From contig OZ245049.1 in assembly GCA_965224465.1 (NCBI GenBank), positions 5,130,001 through 5,162,000 on the forward strand: a DNA stretch of 32,000 nt, given 5' to 3'. The stretch comes from Flavobacteriaceae bacterium (lineage in GTDB: Bacteria > Bacteroidota > Bacteroidia > Flavobacteriales > Flavobacteriaceae). A program made the position numbers and the translations under genes. The notes beneath the pieces are model-generated. The model saw only the letters and a list, made by a program, of their open reading frames with translations. It was not told the DNA's origin and ran no database searches. This document shows, one piece after another, positions 29,272-32,000 of the stretch (its first letter is position 1; every line of letters begins with the position of its first letter).

Positions 29272-29295
29272 ATGTTTAAAATATTCTTATTGGAC

Positions 29296-29450
29296 TATAC
29301 CAACTACATTTCCGACGGTTTAGAAATGGAATTATTTTTTGTTTTAGTTAGGCGAAAAATCTAAGGATATCCTTAGATATGGTTCTGTTTTTCAACAACG
29401 CTAGAACGTAAAATAAACTATTTATATCGGTCATTTTGGATTGTAATTAT
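29296..29450 (+). repeat. Intergenic repeat family, copy C (full length)
   Basis: Collinear with copies A and B. Contains the perfect palindrome CTAAGGATATCCTTAG (29361-29376). Ends 16 nt before the stop of the convergent MFS transporter gene. Confidence 0.85.
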
Positions 29451-29465
29451 AAGTGTTTTGAAGCT

Positions 29466-30875
29466 CTATGTATTTAAGTTGTTTTGCTTGTAGCCTTTTA
29501 AACCATAAAAAATCAAATAGGCCATTCCTAGAATTGGGATGATAAAGGATGTTTGTACATCTACATGTTCTATAATTACACTCTGTATCATAGGTAAAAA
29601 TGCCCCCCCTACAATTGCCATGATTAGTAAAGACGAACCTTGCGAAGTATATTTTCCTAGGTTGCTAATGGCTAAAGTGAATATATTTGAAAATCCAATG
29701 GAGAAAAATAATCCAGTACTGATAATTACAATAAATGCCAAAGGTCCTTTTGCTAATACGGCAATCACAAGAAGTACTAAGTTGATAGAAGAAAAGATCA
29801 CCAATGATTTTGCTGGTTTACCTTTACTCATTATAAATGCGCCAAAACACAAGGCGATGAATACTAGGTACATGGCTATTTTACTGAATTCAATAGGAGA
29901 GAACGTAAAAGAACCTTCGTGAAATTTAATTCCTGTAATTACATACATCATCATAAATACACCTAAGCCTACAGCGATCATAGATGCGTATTTTTTGACT
30001 TTTGTGATCGAATCATTTAAAGCAAAACTAGCCATCAAACGTCCTATCATTAACCCTCCCCAGAAGAAAGAAAGAAAATAACTCGCATCTTCTTCAGAAG
30101 CACCCACTATTTTATCATCTTTTAAATATTCTACAATCCAACTACCAATAGCTACTTCAGATCCTACATAAAAGAAGATAGCCAAAATACCAAGGGTTAA
30201 ATGTTTGTGTTTAAAAACAGCAGCTCCTGTTCCAACGGTTTCTTTATTTTGGAACGAAGGCATTTTACTCATTTTAACTACTATTGCTAGAATAAAGAAA
30301 ACAATTCCATAAGCTAAATATGTTTTACTGATGGAAAATGCAGTCAGTTCACCGTCAGAAAATACTTTGTAAATAAGGATGGTTCCAATAATAGGTCCTA
30401 AGGTTGTTCCCAAAGAGTTTAATCCTTGAGCTAAGTTTAAACGACTGCTTTCTGCACCTTTCTCTCCTAGAATAGTGGCATAAGGGTTGGCGCAAATTTG
30501 TAACATGGTTACACCAGAAGCAAGGATAAATAACGAACATAAAAAGGCGTAATAAGAATGTACATGTGCGGCACCAAAAAAGCTCACACAGCCTATTCCA
30601 CAAACAACAAGACTGATGGCCATTCCATTTTTATACCCAATTTTATTGATTGGGTCTCTTCCTTTTGTAGATGATATTAAATAGTATATTAAGGAAATAA
30701 TAAAAAAGGCTCCGAAAAACGAAAATTGTATGAGTGATCGTTGTGTAGGAGATAAGCTGAAAATGCCTTTAAAGGTATTGATCAGGATATCGTTCATTAC
30801 TGTAATAAATCCCCACATAAAAAAAAGGGAAGTCAACAGTGAAAATGACTTTGAATAATTGTTTTGAGTAGACAA
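29466..30875 (-). CDS. MFS sugar:H+ symporter (FucP/GluP-like)
   Basis: 469 aa with about 12 predicted TM segments. The N-terminal block FFMWGFITVMNDILI is typical of fucose/glucose-galactose permeases. Confidence 0.8.
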   Translation of the reverse strand: MSTQNNYSKSFSLLTSLFFMWGFITVMNDILINTFKGIFSLSPTQRSLIQFSFFGAFFIISLIYYLISSTKGRDPINKIGYKNGMAISLVVCGIGCVSFFGAAHVHSYYAFLCSLFILASGVTMLQICANPYATILGEKGAESSRLNLAQGLNSLGTTLGPIIGTILIYKVFSDGELTAFSISKTYLAYGIVFFILAIVVKMSKMPSFQNKETVGTGAAVFKHKHLTLGILAIFFYVGSEVAIGSWIVEYLKDDKIVGASEEDASYFLSFFWGGLMIGRLMASFALNDSITKVKKYASMIAVGLGVFMMMYVITGIKFHEGSFTFSPIEFSKIAMYLVFIALCFGAFIMSKGKPAKSLVIFSSINLVLLVIAVLAKGPLAFIVIISTGLFFSIGFSNIFTLAISNLGKYTSQGSSLLIMAIVGGAFLPMIQSVIIEHVDVQTSFIIPILGMAYLIFYGLKGYKQNNLNT

Positions 30876-31252
30876 GGTTATTGAGTTTTAATTGATTTAT
30901 AAAATTGTTTAAATACGGGCATAAATATACTTTATATAATCAAAATGAGTGTTGTTTTTTATCCGAATAACAGGGGGGAATCGTTTAACGTAGCTAAAGT
31001 CAAGACGGAAGTCCTGTTTGCTGTGTTTTAAAAATCAATGTAGAAGATTTTTTAAGGGTTGTTATTGTTGTTTATTTAAAATTTGTAACGGTCGGTAGAA
31101 TTATAGAATGCCTTTTTATAGTACGCATTCGTTTTAATTTTAAGTCTGTAAACATAGGAGAGCAACGTGTATATTTAAGCCTGATATTTAGAAGTCAGAT
31201 GCGGAATATTGTAAGGGATAAAATCAAATTAGAATAATACAATTGTAAAGCT

Positions 31253-31260
31253 TATATTTG
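31253..31260 (+). promoter_or_regulatory. -7 promoter box (TATATTTG) for ychF
   Basis: Exact TAnnTTTG match, 20 nt upstream of the ATG at 31281. Confidence 0.5.
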
Positions 31261-31280
31261 CACCGCAAAAAAATATATTT

Positions 31281-32000
31281 ATGAAGGCAGGTATTGTAGG
31301 ATTACCGAATGTTGGAAAATCAACATTATTTAATTGTTTGTCAAATGCAAAAGCGCAAAGTGCGAATTTTCCATTTTGTACAATAGAACCTAATATTGGA
31401 GTAGTAAATGTTCCAGATCCTCGTTTGGAAAAATTGGAGGAGTTGGTAAATCCAGAACGTGTATTACCTGCAACTGTAGATATCGTAGATATTGCAGGTT
31501 TGGTAAAAGGAGCGAGTAAAGGGGAAGGACTTGGAAATCAGTTTTTAGGAAATATTCGTGAAACAGATGCAATTATTCACGTTATACGTTGTTTTGATAA
31601 CGATAATATAATTCATGTTGATACCACTATAGATCCTGTTAGAGATAAGGAGACTATTGATATAGAATTACAATTAAAGGATTTAGATACGGTAGAAAAA
31701 AAACTTGAAAAAGTTAAAAGAGCGGCTAGAACTGGAAATAAAGAAGCGCAAGCAGAAGAAGTAGCTTTAACAAAAGTGAAAACGAGTTTAGAAGCTTCGA
31801 TTTCTGTGAGAGCTATTGAACTGACAGAAAAAGAACGTGAAGAATATATTGCACCTTTACAGTTAATTACAGACAAACCGGTATTGTATGTTTGTAATGT
31901 AGATGAGAAATCTGCTGTAGATGGGAATGCTTACGTTGAAGCTGTAAAAGAAGCCGTAAAGGATGAAAATGCAGAAGTAATTATTTTGGCGGTCGGAACA
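31281..32000 (+). CDS. ychF: Redox-regulated ATPase YchF (5' partial, runs off the window end)
   Basis: Not in the ORF track because no stop lies within the window. My translation is MKAGIVGLPNVGKSTLFNCLSNAKAQSANFPFCTIEPNIGVV...DIAGLVKGASKGEGLGNQFL. The frame is open for all 240 codons to position 32000. Confidence 0.93.
   Translation, partial: MKAGIVGLPNVGKSTLFNCLSNAKAQSANFPFCTIEPNIGVVNVPDPRLEKLEELVNPERVLPATVDIVDIAGLVKGASKGEGLGNQFLGNIRETDAIIHVIRCFDNDNIIHVDTTIDPVRDKETIDIELQLKDLDTVEKKLEKVKRAARTGNKEAQAEEVALTKVKTSLEASISVRAIELTEKEREEYIAPLQLITDKPVLYVCNVDEKSAVDGNAYVEAVKEAVKDENAEVIILAVGT

Overview
AT-rich chromosomal segment that looks like a member of the Flavobacteriia (Bacteroidota). Three things support this: repeated TAnnTTTG -7 promoter boxes 20-35 nt upstream of start codons, a T9SS type-B C-terminal sorting domain, and protein sequences with a flavobacterial look. 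Most of the window is housekeeping. On the + strand: transketolase N-subunit, bshA, proline dehydrogenase, typA, guaB, a ferredoxin, cutC and ychF (runs off the window end). On the - strand: aroB, miaA, a Kv-like K+ channel, a DnaQ-exonuclease/GIY-YIG fusion, yggS, DUF1015, serA, serC, a LuxC-like acyl-CoA reductase and an MFS sugar transporter. Accessory content is a CAP-domain lipoprotein, a 1913-aa T9SS-secreted adhesin-like protein, and one intact IS66-family element with clean inverted repeats and an 8-bp target duplication. I cannot support any novel multi-gene system such as a defence island, toxin-antitoxin pair, CRISPR array or biosynthetic cluster. The two strongest signals not explained by ordinary annotation are these. 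(1) An apparently unnamed, structured intergenic repeat of about 155-165 bp. It has four long copies plus three derivatives in 32 kb, always sits at gene 3' ends, carries terminator-like hairpins facing both directions, and one copy is the IS66 target. (2) A 720-bp, about 4.7-copy, near-perfect tandem array inside the adhesin gene, including a 539-bp stretch that is identical between units. All protein calls rest on my recognition of motifs in the supplied translations. No database search was possible.
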